The position numbers and the translations under genes were made by a program. A stretch of 64,000 nucleotides of DNA from assembly GCF_000981445.1 (NCBI RefSeq), contig NC_027216.1, positions 248,001 through 312,000 on the forward strand, written 5' to 3'. Position 1 is the stretch's first letter. The number at the start of each line of letters is the position of its first letter. Below are positions 11,409-23,076 of the stretch, piece after piece. This stretch comes from Babesia bigemina (Eukaryota). The notes below the pieces were generated by a model that did no database searches, was not told the DNA's origin, and saw nothing but the letters and a program-made list of their open reading frames with translations.

Positions 11409-12761
11409 TCAGATTGGCACCTGCTGATCACGGTCTGGCAGGTCGTAGTAATCGTTTTTGTAGTCCTTACGACGCAAGCGGTGGTTTACGTATATGGGAG
11501 GGCTCGGACCGCGAAGCTCGCTCGCTGACGAGGTAGCGAGGCCCCCGCCCTCATCGAAGACCTCCTGCTGAGCAGCTTCGTCTTCGTCATCGTCGTACTG
11601 CAGGAAGTCCGGCGGCACGTGGGCGAACTGCACTCCAGGCGCGCGCTCAACGTGGCGCAAGTTGTCAATAACCTTCATCTTGATGCGCTCGAGGTGCTCC
11701 GGAGTGTTGTAGTTGGGCATGTTGGTTGGGGTGAGGTGGAGGTTGAAGTCTGGCGCGTAGTAGTCGTAGTACTCATTGAGAGAAATTTGGTTGGACATTT
11801 CGTCCTGCTTACCGAGAACGACCCCGGTTTCGTACGCCCAGCAGCGTGCGACGTTACGGATTGTGTACCCGCCGCCTCCCAGCACCAGCAGCGGGATGTT
11901 GAGGCTGCGGCAGAACTCGACGCAGCGCGCGTGGCCCTTGTTGCTGAGGTTGAATCTACCCAGCCGGTCGCCAGTTAGACTATCTGCACCGCATTGTAGC
12001 ACAATGGCGCCGGGCTCGTATATCTCGACGCACTTGCCGATCACAACCTTGAACAGATCGGCAAAGCTGTCGTCGTCCATGCCATCGTTTAGCGGCACGT
12101 TGACACTGTAGTATTTGCCGGATGCGACGCCCACGTCCGTGACGTCGCCGGTCCCCGGGAAGAAGTTTCCAAATTTGTGGAAGCTAACAGTCATCACGCG
12201 GTGCGTGACGTAGAAGGCCTCCTCCACTCCGTCGCCGTGATGCACGTCGATGTCAATATACATGACACGCGCGTGGTACTTCAGCAGCTCCAGAATACCC
12301 AATACGATGTCGTTGAGGTAGCAGAACCCCGATGCCTCCGAACGCTTGGCGTGATGCAGCCCTCCTGACCAGTTGATGCAAATGTCCGCCTGCTGGTTGT
12401 TCAGGCGGTGCGCGGCGTCGATTGACGCGCCACTGCAGCTCTGCTGGAACACGAATAGCCCATCAAAGACCGGGCAGTCGGTCGCCTCGCCGACGTTGAA
12501 GCGCTTGAGCTGGTAGGCGAACTCGCGGTAGTTCTCCGGGCTCACTCCCGAGAGGAACTGGATGTAGTCATTGTCGTGGAACGCCAGCAGTTCTGGTTCC
12601 ACGGCCTTATGAGGCCTGAAGACCTCCATGTGTCGGTACAGGTCGTAGCTGAGCACCAGGGCGTGAGCCATCCTGATGCGCTGCGGCTTCATGGGATGCC
12701 CGGGGCCATAGTAGTAGCTGCCCACATCGGGGTCGTAGAAGTATGACACACGCTTCTCCAT
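11409..12761 (-). CDS. HDAC1: Class I histone deacetylase (Rpd3 family; PfHDAC1/TgHDAC3 type)
   Basis: [46 protein letters not shown], and the apicomplexan GEATDCPVF insertion. ATG at 12761. Confidence 0.97.
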   Translation of the reverse strand: MEKRVSYFYDPDVGSYYYGPGHPMKPQRIRMAHALVLSYDLYRHMEVFRPHKAVEPELLAFHDNDYIQFLSGVSPENYREFAYQLKRFNVGEATDCPVFDGLFVFQQSCSGASIDAAHRLNNQQADICINWSGGLHHAKRSEASGFCYLNDIVLGILELLKYHARVMYIDIDVHHGDGVEEAFYVTHRVMTVSFHKFGNFFPGTGDVTDVGVASGKYYSVNVPLNDGMDDDSFADLFKVVIGKCVEIYEPGAIVLQCGADSLTGDRLGRFNLSNKGHARCVEFCRSLNIPLLVLGGGGYTIRNVARCWAYETGVVLGKQDEMSNQISLNEYYDYYAPDFNLHLTPTNMPNYNTPEHLERIKMKVIDNLRHVERAPGVQFAHVPPDFLQYDDDEDEAAQQEVFDEGGGLATSSASELRGPSPPIYVNHRLRRKDYKNDYYDLPDRDQQVPI

Positions 12762-13182
12762 GGTTATAAAACGGGCTTTGCGTGTCACACACTAACCGAC
12801 GAGCTGCCCGTTGAAGCGTCCGATGGGAAAATAGACAGCTCACACAGACACGAACCCCGCTCACCGACAGGCACACCTCCTGAACTGCTCGCTATTTTCG
12901 ATGCGGCACACACGGGGAGGTCGCTCACGTGTCGCAATTCGCGCGGCGTGATGTGCCACTCACCATGCAGCTGCCGCTCTGCGACCTGCTCAAATCCGGC
13001 CGGGGTTTCCGCGGCGCCTAAAGGTGCCAGTTATAGTACATCTGCTGCCCCTGTTTCGCCATGTAATACAAGCCACTTGATACGTACCGACTGTGCGTGC
13101 CGCGGAGGTCGTGGTGTGTCGGCCAGATGGGGAGCTCGGTCGCACATCGTCGCTGTCGGTGCACCGCAGCTGCGGTCCTTCC

Positions 13183-14820
13183 ATGGGCAGACTACGGATA
13201 TTTGCCGTGTTGTCTCTGGCGTGGTACGCATGCGACTGGGCATTGCCGGGAGCGTTATTTGCACATGGTACGTTTCGTTACGCAGTCGTGTCTTATGATC
13301 GAGATCGGCAATTCCGCCATCCGCTGATTTTGTGGAAGGCGAACTTGCTGACGTGTGCTATTCGTGTATTTCATCTATGCTATAAATATGAGTTTTGAGC
13401 CCAAATTGGCGTGGAATCCTGCTTTTTTTAGCGCACTCATGTGTCTGCAGGATTCAGGGCAACGACAACCTGTAGTGGCGCTTTATTCGCCCTAGGACGC
13501 GGCTCACCTCTGCCTAGCAGACGTGCAGTTGCCAACGCTGTCGCAGGAGAGCTCTTCGGCGTGCCCGAGGCCCGTGGAGACGGGGTGAGCGGCGACCATG
13601 GCGCCCCGCTCCGTCGGCTGCTTCGCAAGGGAGGTGTGTTCGCTAAGGTCGCGCCCGGAATACACGCGCTGCTACCGGTCGGCAGGAAGATAGTCGCGCG
13701 TCTGGAGCGAGTCCTAAGGGTTGAGATGGCGCGTCTCCACACACACGAACTGGAGCTGCCGATACTACAGCCGGAGCGTCTGATACGGAGCCGCGAGGCG
13801 GAATTCGGCCGAGATTTGTACAAGCTTAAAGATAGACAGGATCGCGTTTTACACCTCAGTCCCACATGCGAGGAGTTGGCTTGCCTGGTGGCGTGCAACG
13901 CACTCAGCCCCCTGTCGCGAACGCGGCTGCCGCTGAGGGTATTCCAGATCCGCTCCAAGTTCAGGGATGAGCTGCGCCCCTGCGACGCGACCATGCGGTG
14001 CAGGGAATTCACGATGAAGGACGCCTACTCCTTCCATGCAGACGAGCAGTCGTCGGAGGCCGCCTACGAGGAGTTCCGTGAGGGCTACAAACGCATACTG
14101 CAGAAGCTGCGCATAGCACATACAATTAGACGTGAAGATCGCGGGGACTGCTTCGACGAGGAATTCGATGCTGAACTCCCTGCCACTGGCGACTCCTCGA
14201 AGCTCGAGATCGCTCACATCTTCAAGTTGGGAACCGCACTCTGTGAGGAGGCAGGTCTCAGCTACGAGGTGGAAGGCCGGCGCAAGAAGCCCGTGCACCT
14301 CAACTCCTACGGCATAGGCATACAGCGCCTACTGTACGCGGCAGCGGCCCAGCACAGCGACGCCGACGGGCTGAAGCTGCCGCAGATAATGGCCCCTTAC
14401 GACGTCGCAGTTGTGCCTTGCGACACGGATTCGGCTGAAGTGGCCCAACTGGCGCACGACTTGCACGTGTCGCTATCCAAAGCCGGGCTTGACACACTGC
14501 TGGACAACCGTGACCTCCCGCTGAAGCAGCGCACAGCGGACCTGCGAGCCATCGGTGTGCCGCACGTTGTGTACGTCTCCGAGTCGACTCAGGTGGGCGG
14601 GACCCGTGAGCCTAGCGGTGCCGTGGCCGAGGCCATACGGCAGGAGAGTCGTACCTCCAACGAGTACCACCTGGGGCAATCAGAATCCGCCTTGCTAGCT
14701 CGAAGCTGGCCAAACGTCGACACAAGCCGCCTGGACAAACCGGTGAGGTACGTACACCGCGCGTTCGAAGGCGACTTCGTGCTTCCGGCCGCGCGGCTGC
14801 TGGAGCTGCTGTGCGCGTGA
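13183..14820 (+). CDS. proS: Bacterial-type prolyl-tRNA synthetase, probably apicoplast-targeted
   Basis: Exon 1 13183-13267 encodes signal-like MGRLRIFAVLSLAWYACDWALPGALFAHG. Intron 13268-13450 (GTACGT...CTGCAG) is phase-compatible. LSPTCEE, FQIRSKFRDELRP, REFTMKDAYSFH, EIAHIFKLGT, YGIGIQRL and an anticodon-binding domain follow. Confidence 0.9.
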
Positions 14821-15188
14821 CATTCGGGCCCATAAAGTTGCGCCAATCGTACACATTAAATGACCTGCCCTAGGCGGCGAAAATTCAATGCGCTAATCGC
14901 ATTATATGCTACATTACAGTTGACGTTAGACACGGCGACCGGCACACCAGTCCCCGCATCCGCTTTCGACATTTCCAAGTAAAGCATACACATTAGCTAA
15001 TCAGCTTGCCTAGCACACACCGATGTGCCCCAGGGTGTCTTTCGGCTGGCTACCCGCGGTGTGGTGGACGGCAACGCGTGGTGGTAGGCGGACGACAGCG
15101 GAACGTACACCAAATTTACCTAGACGCCCGCGCTACGAATAACGTGTGTACTAACGAGTTTTGTCACAGCATACACACCGCTAACGAT

Positions 15189-16464
15189 ATGACGAGCTGC
15201 AGATGGGTCGACGTGGTCAGCAGCGACTCCTGTAAGTTTCTGCACATCAGCCTCTCCGCACTGGCGTTCGCAACCAGCTCATGCCGTCTCAGGCGCGTCG
15301 TTCGGGCGCACCGCGCTGATGAAGTACGAGATGCAGGACCGGCGTGCGGCGGCGGTGACCTCCGAGCGCCTGGTCGCGGCCATCGACGCGGGCTGCGTTG
15401 ACCAGCTGAGGGACGACGTGACCGACGACCTGGACGACTCGTTCATTGAGCGCGAGGGGCATGTGACGGCGATGCAAGCTGGCACTGGTGTCACCATGGA
15501 CATGCAGCTGAAGATGAACCTGGGCGACGTCGCCATCGACGAGATGCCGCTGTCCCAGGAGGACATGGGCGAGTCGGACGACTCGACGCTTTCGCCGAAG
15601 CCGCTGCTCAAGGAATGCTGGGACAACGGCGCTGTGGACGTGCCGAGGGACGAGAACGGCGTTGCTATGGTGTCCTTCACGGGGATTCTCGGCCTGCCAC
15701 GGTCGTCCAAATCCTCCGGCGCAAACTCGCGCAGCCCGTCGCAGCGCGATCGCACTTCGCCGAGGCCCGAGACGAAGTCAAGGGCGCCCAAGGACGTCCG
15801 GACTGGGTCTGACTCCGCGAAGCATGGTAGTGGCGCCAACGCGTGTACGGGACCCGTGGCAAAGGATGGTAGTGACAAAAATGTAGTGGACAGCAAGGAC
15901 GCGGGCATTAGCACCCCCAAAACAGCCAACAAGGCTAAGCGTGCGCCCAAGGACGCATCCGCTTCGAAGGGTAAGACGGTGGAGTTCGCGTCGCCGTGCG
16001 TCAGCCCGATGTCGATGCTGGAGGCGGAGACCTCGAAGCGCGCGAAGCTGGCCACCGACGACCAGTCCGGCGTCTACTTCGACGACCTGACGCAGGAGCC
16101 GCTCAACCCGCCCAAGAAACCCAACGTCATGAAGGGGAAGGTCGACACGGAGCACATCTCGCAGCTGCTGCTGAAGCAGTTCCAGCAAACGGAACCGAAG
16201 CCGAAGGCGAAGGAAGCGCCTAACACCCGCATTTGCAGCCGTCTGAAGGACATCGCCATTGGCAAATCCACCAAGGTAATGACCGCGTGTTTTTGTCGAC
16301 ATGTCGCGCAGGGGTACCAGAACTACATCAGGAAGGTGCCGATCGACCAGCGCACTCCCTGCGATCCGCAGACGCCCAACTTGCGCGAGAACGTCTCTGC
16401 GGCGCGTTTCCAAGTCATTTATCGCAAATGGCGCACCGCCCTTCACAAGTACGACAACCTCTAA
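15189..16464 (+). CDS. SLBP: Histone mRNA stem-loop binding protein (SLBP family)
   Basis: Removing an in-frame 36-nt intron (16276-16311) gives RLKDIAIGKSTKGYQNYIRKVP...DPQTPN...SAARFQVIYRKWRTALHKYD, matching the SLBP RNA-binding domain (RQKQI.YGKNT..Y..Y...VP...HPKTPNK...S...W......W+.ALH.WD). A putative first exon 15189-15231 with intron 15232-15277 is less certain. Confidence 0.85.
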
Positions 16465-16558
16465 CACACCATAAAATCACGTACCACTATGGGGACACAC
16501 TGGCAGTCCAAATCACTGTAAACTTCGTTGGAGCCTCGCCAGCGGATACGCGCTCGAC

Positions 16559-17878
16559 ATGAGTGACATTGACCGTGATATTGAGCAGCTGCGTCGCTGC
16601 GAGTATCTCAGCGAATCCGAGGTCAAGCTGCTATGCAACAAGGCTAAGGAAATCCTCATCGAGGAGTCTAACATCCAACGCGTGGACGCTCCCGTTACGG
16701 TACTGAATTTTTCATTGCATTCTCTCGTGTATAGCGGCGAAAAGCCGCGGAAGGCGACCGCATGGACGCGTGAGAGCCGACGAATCAGCGTGCGGCGGTG
16801 TCGCATTAACGGCGCATTGCGGCTAACGGTGGCATGTTGTATGGTGATTCGCACTGCTGACGATCGATGTGTGTCTGTACTCAGCATACCGCGGCGTAAT
16901 GCTTGCCGTGGCCTGCGAAGCCGACATGCGTCTTCGCGGCCAGCTGCATACGCCGATGTTGGCGGTTAATCCCGCCTTCCAAGTGTCGCTGCGTATTATA
17001 GGTGTCAAATGTCTGTGTTATGCATCCTGTTCTGCGGGCTTCCTTCCGTGTGATTGCGTGCCTGTTTCCGCGTGTCTAGACGCTTTGGCTCACCTGCGCC
17101 ACAGATATGTGGAGACATCCACGGCCAGTTCTATGACTTCAAGGAGCTGTTGGCGGTTGGGCAGAACATCCCGGAGACGAACTACCTCTTCCTAGGCGAT
17201 TTTGTGGACCGCGGCTACTACTCTGTGGAGACGTTCCTCCTCCTGCTGTGCCTCAAGGTCAGGTACCCAGATCGCATCACGCTCATCCGTGGCAACCATG
17301 AGTCGCGCAACATAACGCAGGTGTACGGGTTCTACGACGAGTGCATGCGCAAGTACGGCAGTGTCAACGTGTGGAGCTACTGCACGGAGATATTCGACTA
17401 CTTCGCCATTGGCGCGCTCGTCGATGAACGGTACTTCTGCATCCATGGCGGGCTCTCGCCCTCGTTCTCTACCCTTGATGAGATCCGGTACCTCGACCGC
17501 AAGCAGGAGGTGCCGCACGAGGGGCCCATGTGCGATCTGATGTGGAGCGACCCCGAGGCGATGGACGGCTGGGGGGCGAGCCCGCGCGGCGCCGGTTTCC
17601 TCTTCGGAGGGGACGTGGTCCGCCAGTTCTGCCACCAGAACAAGGTCGACACGATCGCCCGGGCCCACCAGCTGGTCATGGAGGGTTACAAGTGGTGGTT
17701 CAACAAGATGCTGGTCACCGTGTGGTCGGCGCCGAACTACTGCTACCGCTGCGGCAACATCGCAAGCATCATGGAGGTTGACGAGAACCTCAACTGCAGC
17801 TTCAAGAAGTTCGATGCGGTGGCGCCCAACAAGCGCGGCGTGCCTGCCAAGAAGCCCATTCCGGAATACTTCCTGTGA
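16559..17878 (+). CDS. PPP4C: Ser/Thr protein phosphatase 4 catalytic subunit (PP2A family)
   Basis: Exon 16559-16699, intron 16700-17104, exon 17105-17878. [28 protein letters not shown] and C-terminal YFL. N-terminus [13 protein letters not shown] is PP4-like. Confidence 0.93.
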
Positions 17879-18167
17879 CCACGCACCTGCTGTCTCAACG
17901 TACGACCATCAAGAGCCAAACGATAATAATATACGATGCGATTACATAGCCACAGCCACACCATTACACTAGCGAACAGTTTTGCCACCCACACCATTCA
18001 CGTACAACATTCCTATATGTCTGGTCGTACAGTTTTCTTTTTGGCCTGGCGCCCTTATGGGCAGGTGCCGCTCTCGTTGGAGGCTGCGTCGCGCCAATCC
18101 GCCTACGTTCTCGCGTAAATCACGCATTTCACCTGGCCACGGAGTGTACTTAGCATTAAATGAAATG

Positions 18168-19415
18168 TCAGCGCTTTATGTTGAAAAACTCGTACTCCTG
18201 CCGGCCACGGCAGAATCGTGCCAGCCGCATGTCGTCTATGCGCAGTGTGATGCGCTTCGCGTGATACGAGCAGGCGGTGGATATCTCCAGCAGGCGTGTG
18301 ATTTCGTCCTCCGTGGCAGCCTGCAGCGCAGACAGGGCCTCCACTGTGAATTTGACGGGCTCGGGGCCGCGCCACCACGTCTGCGCTATGTCGCGCACTA
18401 TCCTCGCGAAGACGGCGCGCGGTATCAGCAGGTGCGTGCTCTTCTGGTACGCCAAGATCTCGCGTTCGATGCGCGTGAGGCCGTTGCGGCGGATCACTCG
18501 CCCGCGGGTGTCACGCGACTTCCCGAAGTCGTAGCCCTTGACGAAGCGGACGTCCCCGTCCTTGTCCACATACATGCGATCGGAGTTTTTGTGGAGCATT
18601 TTGTTCATGCGGTAGCGAATCAGCGATTCCACAGCCTGCTGCTTGCTCATAGAGCCGCGCTTGAACTCGGCGATGATCCTCGCTGGCGAGAGCACCGCCA
18701 CGGGCTTGATCGGAGGCCGCTTCGGCACAGGGGCCGCGCGCGCCTCGGCAAGGAGGCTGGCTGTAACGGCGTCGCTCATATCCGGTTGCGAAGGTGCAGC
18801 TACCGAGGTGGACGGCCGCGACTCCGTGGCGAAGCGCCGGCTGGCGCTGCTCGTGGACCCACCATCGGTGTTGCGAGCATTGTGGAGTGACCCGCGCACA
18901 CTGCTGGCACCCACGTCGATGGGCCTGCCGACGACGCTGACCCTCGGCTGGCGGTCAGACCGACCGGTGACGCTGCCACGGGACTCTGCATCACGGGGGA
19001 AGCTGGTGGCGCTGGCGAAGCTATCGCGGCCACCGTCAACCATAGAGGTGCCCAGCGTGGTGTCACTGTCCAAAACTCTGTTCTCCCTGGCTAAGGCTGC
19101 TGCTCCTATGGCGCTGCCAATTGAGGTTTGTCGTGACGGCGCAAGGTCCAGCGATACCGCCGACGAACTTCGCGCACTGCGAGTGACTGACTGCGGCCGG
19201 GGCGAAACCACGTATACTTCGTCGCCAACGGACTCCATTTCGATCTCCTGCACTGAAGAATCCGACGGGGACGATGAGGATACCACCACCAGATCATCGC
19301 CGAAAAAATGGCGACTGGCGCTGCCCACTCCGGGGATGCGGCTCGGGCGCACGTCGTCGAAGGTGGCGTCTTCTTCCGGGGTGGAGTACCCCTCTACATC
19401 GCTGTCGGACGCCAT
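18168..19415 (-). CDS. CENH3: Centromeric histone H3 variant (CENP-A/CenH3)
   Basis: C-terminal H3 fold ([26 protein letters not shown]...[10 protein letters not shown]...HAKRITL) with loss of the canonical FQRLVR Gln, a longer loop 1 and a long non-canonical N-tail. Confidence 0.88.
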   Translation of the reverse strand: MASDSDVEGYSTPEEDATFDDVRPSRIPGVGSASRHFFGDDLVVVSSSSPSDSSVQEIEMESVGDEVYVVSPRPQSVTRSARSSSAVSLDLAPSRQTSIGSAIGAAALARENRVLDSDTTLGTSMVDGGRDSFASATSFPRDAESRGSVTGRSDRQPRVSVVGRPIDVGASSVRGSLHNARNTDGGSTSSASRRFATESRPSTSVAAPSQPDMSDAVTASLLAEARAAPVPKRPPIKPVAVLSPARIIAEFKRGSMSKQQAVESLIRYRMNKMLHKNSDRMYVDKDGDVRFVKGYDFGKSRDTRGRVIRRNGLTRIEREILAYQKSTHLLIPRAVFARIVRDIAQTWWRGPEPVKFTVEALSALQAATEDEITRLLEISTACSYHAKRITLRIDDMRLARFCRGRQEYEFFNIKR

Positions 19416-20289
19416 TGTGACGCTGCAGTTTCTTCGCTACGGGTCCCACGGCCCTTAAATAGCGAGCAGTTAATTAGTTGTATGTCACCAACATGACACT
19501 GCCACTCAACTAGTAAGAAACCCTTTGCAATTGCGTTAGCAGAAGAATTATTTCAATACTGATACTCCCGAAATCCCGAAATTATACGAGCTTTAAACAT
19601 ATGGCGGCCTATTGGTGAAGCGTATATCCGCGACAACTAACCTGCAACACCGACAAGTACAAAACTACGTTTATGCAGTAACAAAATTTGGGCTCCTTTG
19701 TAGCGAGCACTCACAGCGCTTGTGCACTTATAACAGCGGTCGGAAGCCCCAAGTAAACACCGAAATCTGGCGGCTTCGGCAATATAAACAAGTGACGACG
19801 TTGCTCCGCCTAACCAGCGTCGGAGCTCAACAGGCAGCCGCCTTTCAATCAACAGTCCTCCACTTCAGAAATTTCCAAACTTCATAAGAGCGCTACAAAC
19901 AAGTCCTTGGCCCTTTTACTGAGCATCAGCAGTCGCATACGGGTGCTGAGTCGTCACAGCGGCGGTCGGTACACATCTCCTGCCAAGTACCGCAGACCGG
20001 CCGATAAATAACGAAATTTATCCACGTGTTACACCGATATCGAAATGTGCGACGTGGACGCGGTGTTCGCGCAGTTCGATTCCCGATGCTACATTCCCCA
20101 TTTGTCGGCGGCGAAATCGAGCAGATAATACGCGTCGCCACCAACCGTGCGTTTCGTGAGACTGCAAAGGCGATTTTTGTCACGCGACAACCGTCATTTG
20201 GAACGTGGCGGAAGGCGGAATCGCCGCATTTTCGTGCGTACGCGCGCGAGGAGTGGTCGTACCCGCAGATCACCCATATGACGCCAAAC

Positions 20290-21258
20290 ATGGCCTATCG
20301 CATCGTCGCCAGCCTCTCGAGGCCGGTGAGACCCACCTTTGCCGTGGCTAGGAGCGATTTTTTGCGCAACAACGCCCGGGGCTATGTCCACTTTTCGCGT
20401 ACGCAGACGCATGACTTCGAGCTCCCGATAGACACCATGCCGAAGGATATAGACGCCCTCATGAAGACGGACCCGAAGATGATGGACTACTTCGGTAGCT
20501 ACTGGTACTGGAGGATCAGGGGCGAGTCGACGCTGATGGACGCCGACTCGCTGCCGAAGAAGTCGTACAAGCAGCTGGCCGTCGACCTCGGCATGCAGGT
20601 CGTCAACGAGCCCTCGGAGCACATGCTGGGCCTCCTGGAGCTCTACGAGTACCTGAAGACCTCCCCCTTCGTCGGCCCGTTCGGCACAATAAAGAACCCC
20701 GTGCTGGTGCCCAGCGTGCTCACCGAAAGGTAGGTGTAGTTCACCTTTTGCCGTCGTGGTTGCAAAAGCTTAGTCGCTTATGTGAACTTTTATCGTACGT
20801 GCCGTTGTTATACGCGAGAGCGTGAGTGGGCGGAACTAATGGTGATACAGGGTTGTTGGCTGCACTGGTGGCGCCGGCGAGCACGAGCACGTGCCGCTGT
20901 GGTTCCGCTGCCGCGAGGGCTTCCTGTACCGTTGCGGAGAGTGCGACCAGATTTTCATGCTGGTCAGAGTGCTGTACTCACTGCCCGATGGAGAGGACCC
21001 CTTCCCGGTTGACCCGGACATCGACGACGTGTTCAACAAGGACGTGCTGGCCAAGGGTCACCTCAAGTGGAACTCCGGAGAGTACCTGCGGTGGCCCGTG
21101 GGCAACGCCACCTACAAGCAGCTGTTCTTACAGGGTACGTCCGCCACAAACGAAACTCATGGCGCTCAGGCAAATGGGGGAATCCAGTGCCCGAAATCAC
21201 CGCGTCTAAAGACGCGGACGCTGACCCTAACCGGCTGTCCGAATTCAGGCCTCAGTAA
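20290..21258 (+). CDS. COX5B: Cytochrome c oxidase subunit 5B-like (apicomplexan ApiCox25 type), 3 exons
   Basis: Mitochondrial-like presequence [14 protein letters not shown]. Introns 20730-20850 and 21135-21169. [26 protein letters not shown]...[18 protein letters not shown] is the COX5B Zn motif. Confidence 0.9.
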
Positions 21259-21466
21259 TGTGTTGTGTAACTTACTGATACTAATACACACCTCTGCGGC
21301 GTACGAGCGTATGCCTGTCAGGCGTTCGCTTGCTGCGAGCGGTGTCTCAGGGGGCGGCGTTTGCGGGGCTGCCCGCCTACTGCCAAGAATGGCGCCCACC
21401 TGACAAAACCAATAAACGTGCACACCCTAGAATCTCGAAAAATACGTTCATTGTGGAGGCGGCAAG

Positions 21467-23061
21467 ATGTCGATCTTCCATTACATAACGGAGCAGCCGG
21501 CCGACGGCAACTTCGGCATGGCCGCGCTCGCCAAGGCCGATACACATCCGAGTAAGATTGACCTATGTCTGGGAGCCTACCGAGATGAGGAAGGTCGCCC
21601 TCAGCTTTTCCAGTAGGCTTGCACATCTGAACCGATAACACATCGCAGGGCTGTTCGCACTGCGAAACGCCAGATTCTCGAGGACGAGAAGGAGTTTGAG
21701 GAGTACCTGCCTTTAAACGGTCACCAGAAGTTTGCCGATGCGGCCCGTGACATCCTTTTCAAGGGCGATATGGGCAGCGAGGCTTATGAGGAGCTGTGCC
21801 AGCGCATCGTTGCGTTCCACACCGGATCCGCTACCAACGCTATCTATTCCGCTTTGCTGCTGGTGAAGGAATTCGTGCCCTACGCCAAGGTGAGTAACTT
21901 TCGCATCGTCTTTCGAATGACCCCTGATTCCCGTTGCCGTTACGTCGCTGCTTTAAAACCCTTTTTATTGTGCTGTATGTGACAGTTTAAGACACTAATG
22001 CGCATCATGCTTGCGTAGTGGGTGGTTATTGCGCTGTTAAGTGTTTCATTGGCCATGCTACGTGGTATTGAGCTACTTGGTATCAACCAGCGCTCGGATA
22101 ATGTTGGCACCAACTTGATCAGTGATTGCGCTATTTCGCATTGACAATTGGATTCGTTGTCAAATACCCTGCAGAAAGCTTACGCAAGCAAACCGTGCTG
22201 GAACAACTACGAGAGGCTTGTCACCACTGCCGGCCTGGAGTACGATGAGTACCCGTACTTCAGCTCCGTGGAGAAGGGCGTGGACTTTGACGAGATGGTA
22301 GCCGCGTTCAAGTCGTACGAGAAGGGCTCCGTCGTCATCCTGCAGGCGTGCTGCCACAACCCCACTGGCTTCGACCTCACCCGCGACCAGTGGTCGCAGA
22401 TCAGGGACATCGTTCTGGAGCGCGGCCTCATACCGCTGCTGGACATCGCCTACCAGGGTTTCGGCACTGGCGACCTCGACAAGGACGCGTTTGCGGTGCG
22501 CATGTTCGCCGATAAGGAGATGGACATGTTCGTCGCGCAGTCCTTCTCCAAGAACATGAGCGTGTACTCCGCCAGGATCGGCATCATGCACTGCGTAAGT
22601 TACCGCCGACTTAAAACTCGCCCACATTTATCCCGCAGCTGTTCAAGAAAGACTACATACCGAAGAGGAACGTGCTGATTTCGAACCTGGGACTCGTCGG
22701 CAGGGGCAGATTCGGATCCCCTACCAGGCACGGCGCTGAGGTCGCGTACAGGGTCATGTCAGACCCGACGCTGAAGGCAATGTGGGTTAAGGAGCTGCAG
22801 GCCGTGGCTACGAGGCTCAACGGGCTGCGCGTCTTCCTACGGGCGAAATTGGAGGAGAAGAAAGTGCCGGGCAAGTGGAATCACGTGACTACGCAAACTG
22901 GCATGTTTGTCTACCTCGGCATCTCCCCTCAGGCCGTTGAGCGGCTGCGCACGGAGTTCCACATTTACATGATGGCGGACGCCCGGGTGTCCATCGCCGG
23001 CCTCAACCAGGCCAACATGGACTACTTCGTCGACGCACTACACACTGTACTGACCACGTAA
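21467..23061 (+). CDS. AAT: Aspartate aminotransferase (PLP-dependent, class I), 4 exons
   Basis: [34 protein letters not shown]-lysine motif QSFSKN, QTGMF and RVSIAGLN. Introns 21613-21648, 21890-22174 and 22595-22638. Confidence 0.94.
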
Positions 23062-23076
23062 CTATGGCATAAAATA

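Noticed and set aside
12762..13182. CACACA-type motifs in the HDAC/ProRS divergent promoter
   Set aside because: They are consistent with known piroplasm promoter motifs but too short and frequent to call without TSS data.
18051..18062. GCCC-TTAT-GGGC hairpin downstream of CenH3 as a histone 3' stem-loop for the neighbouring SLBP
   Set aside because: The stem is only 4 bp and the loop on the sense strand is AUAA, not the U-rich loop on a 6-bp stem.
20026..20289. N-terminal extension of the COX5B ORF
   Set aside because: It begins at a non-ATG codon; ATG 20290 in AAACATGG context gives a plausible presequence.
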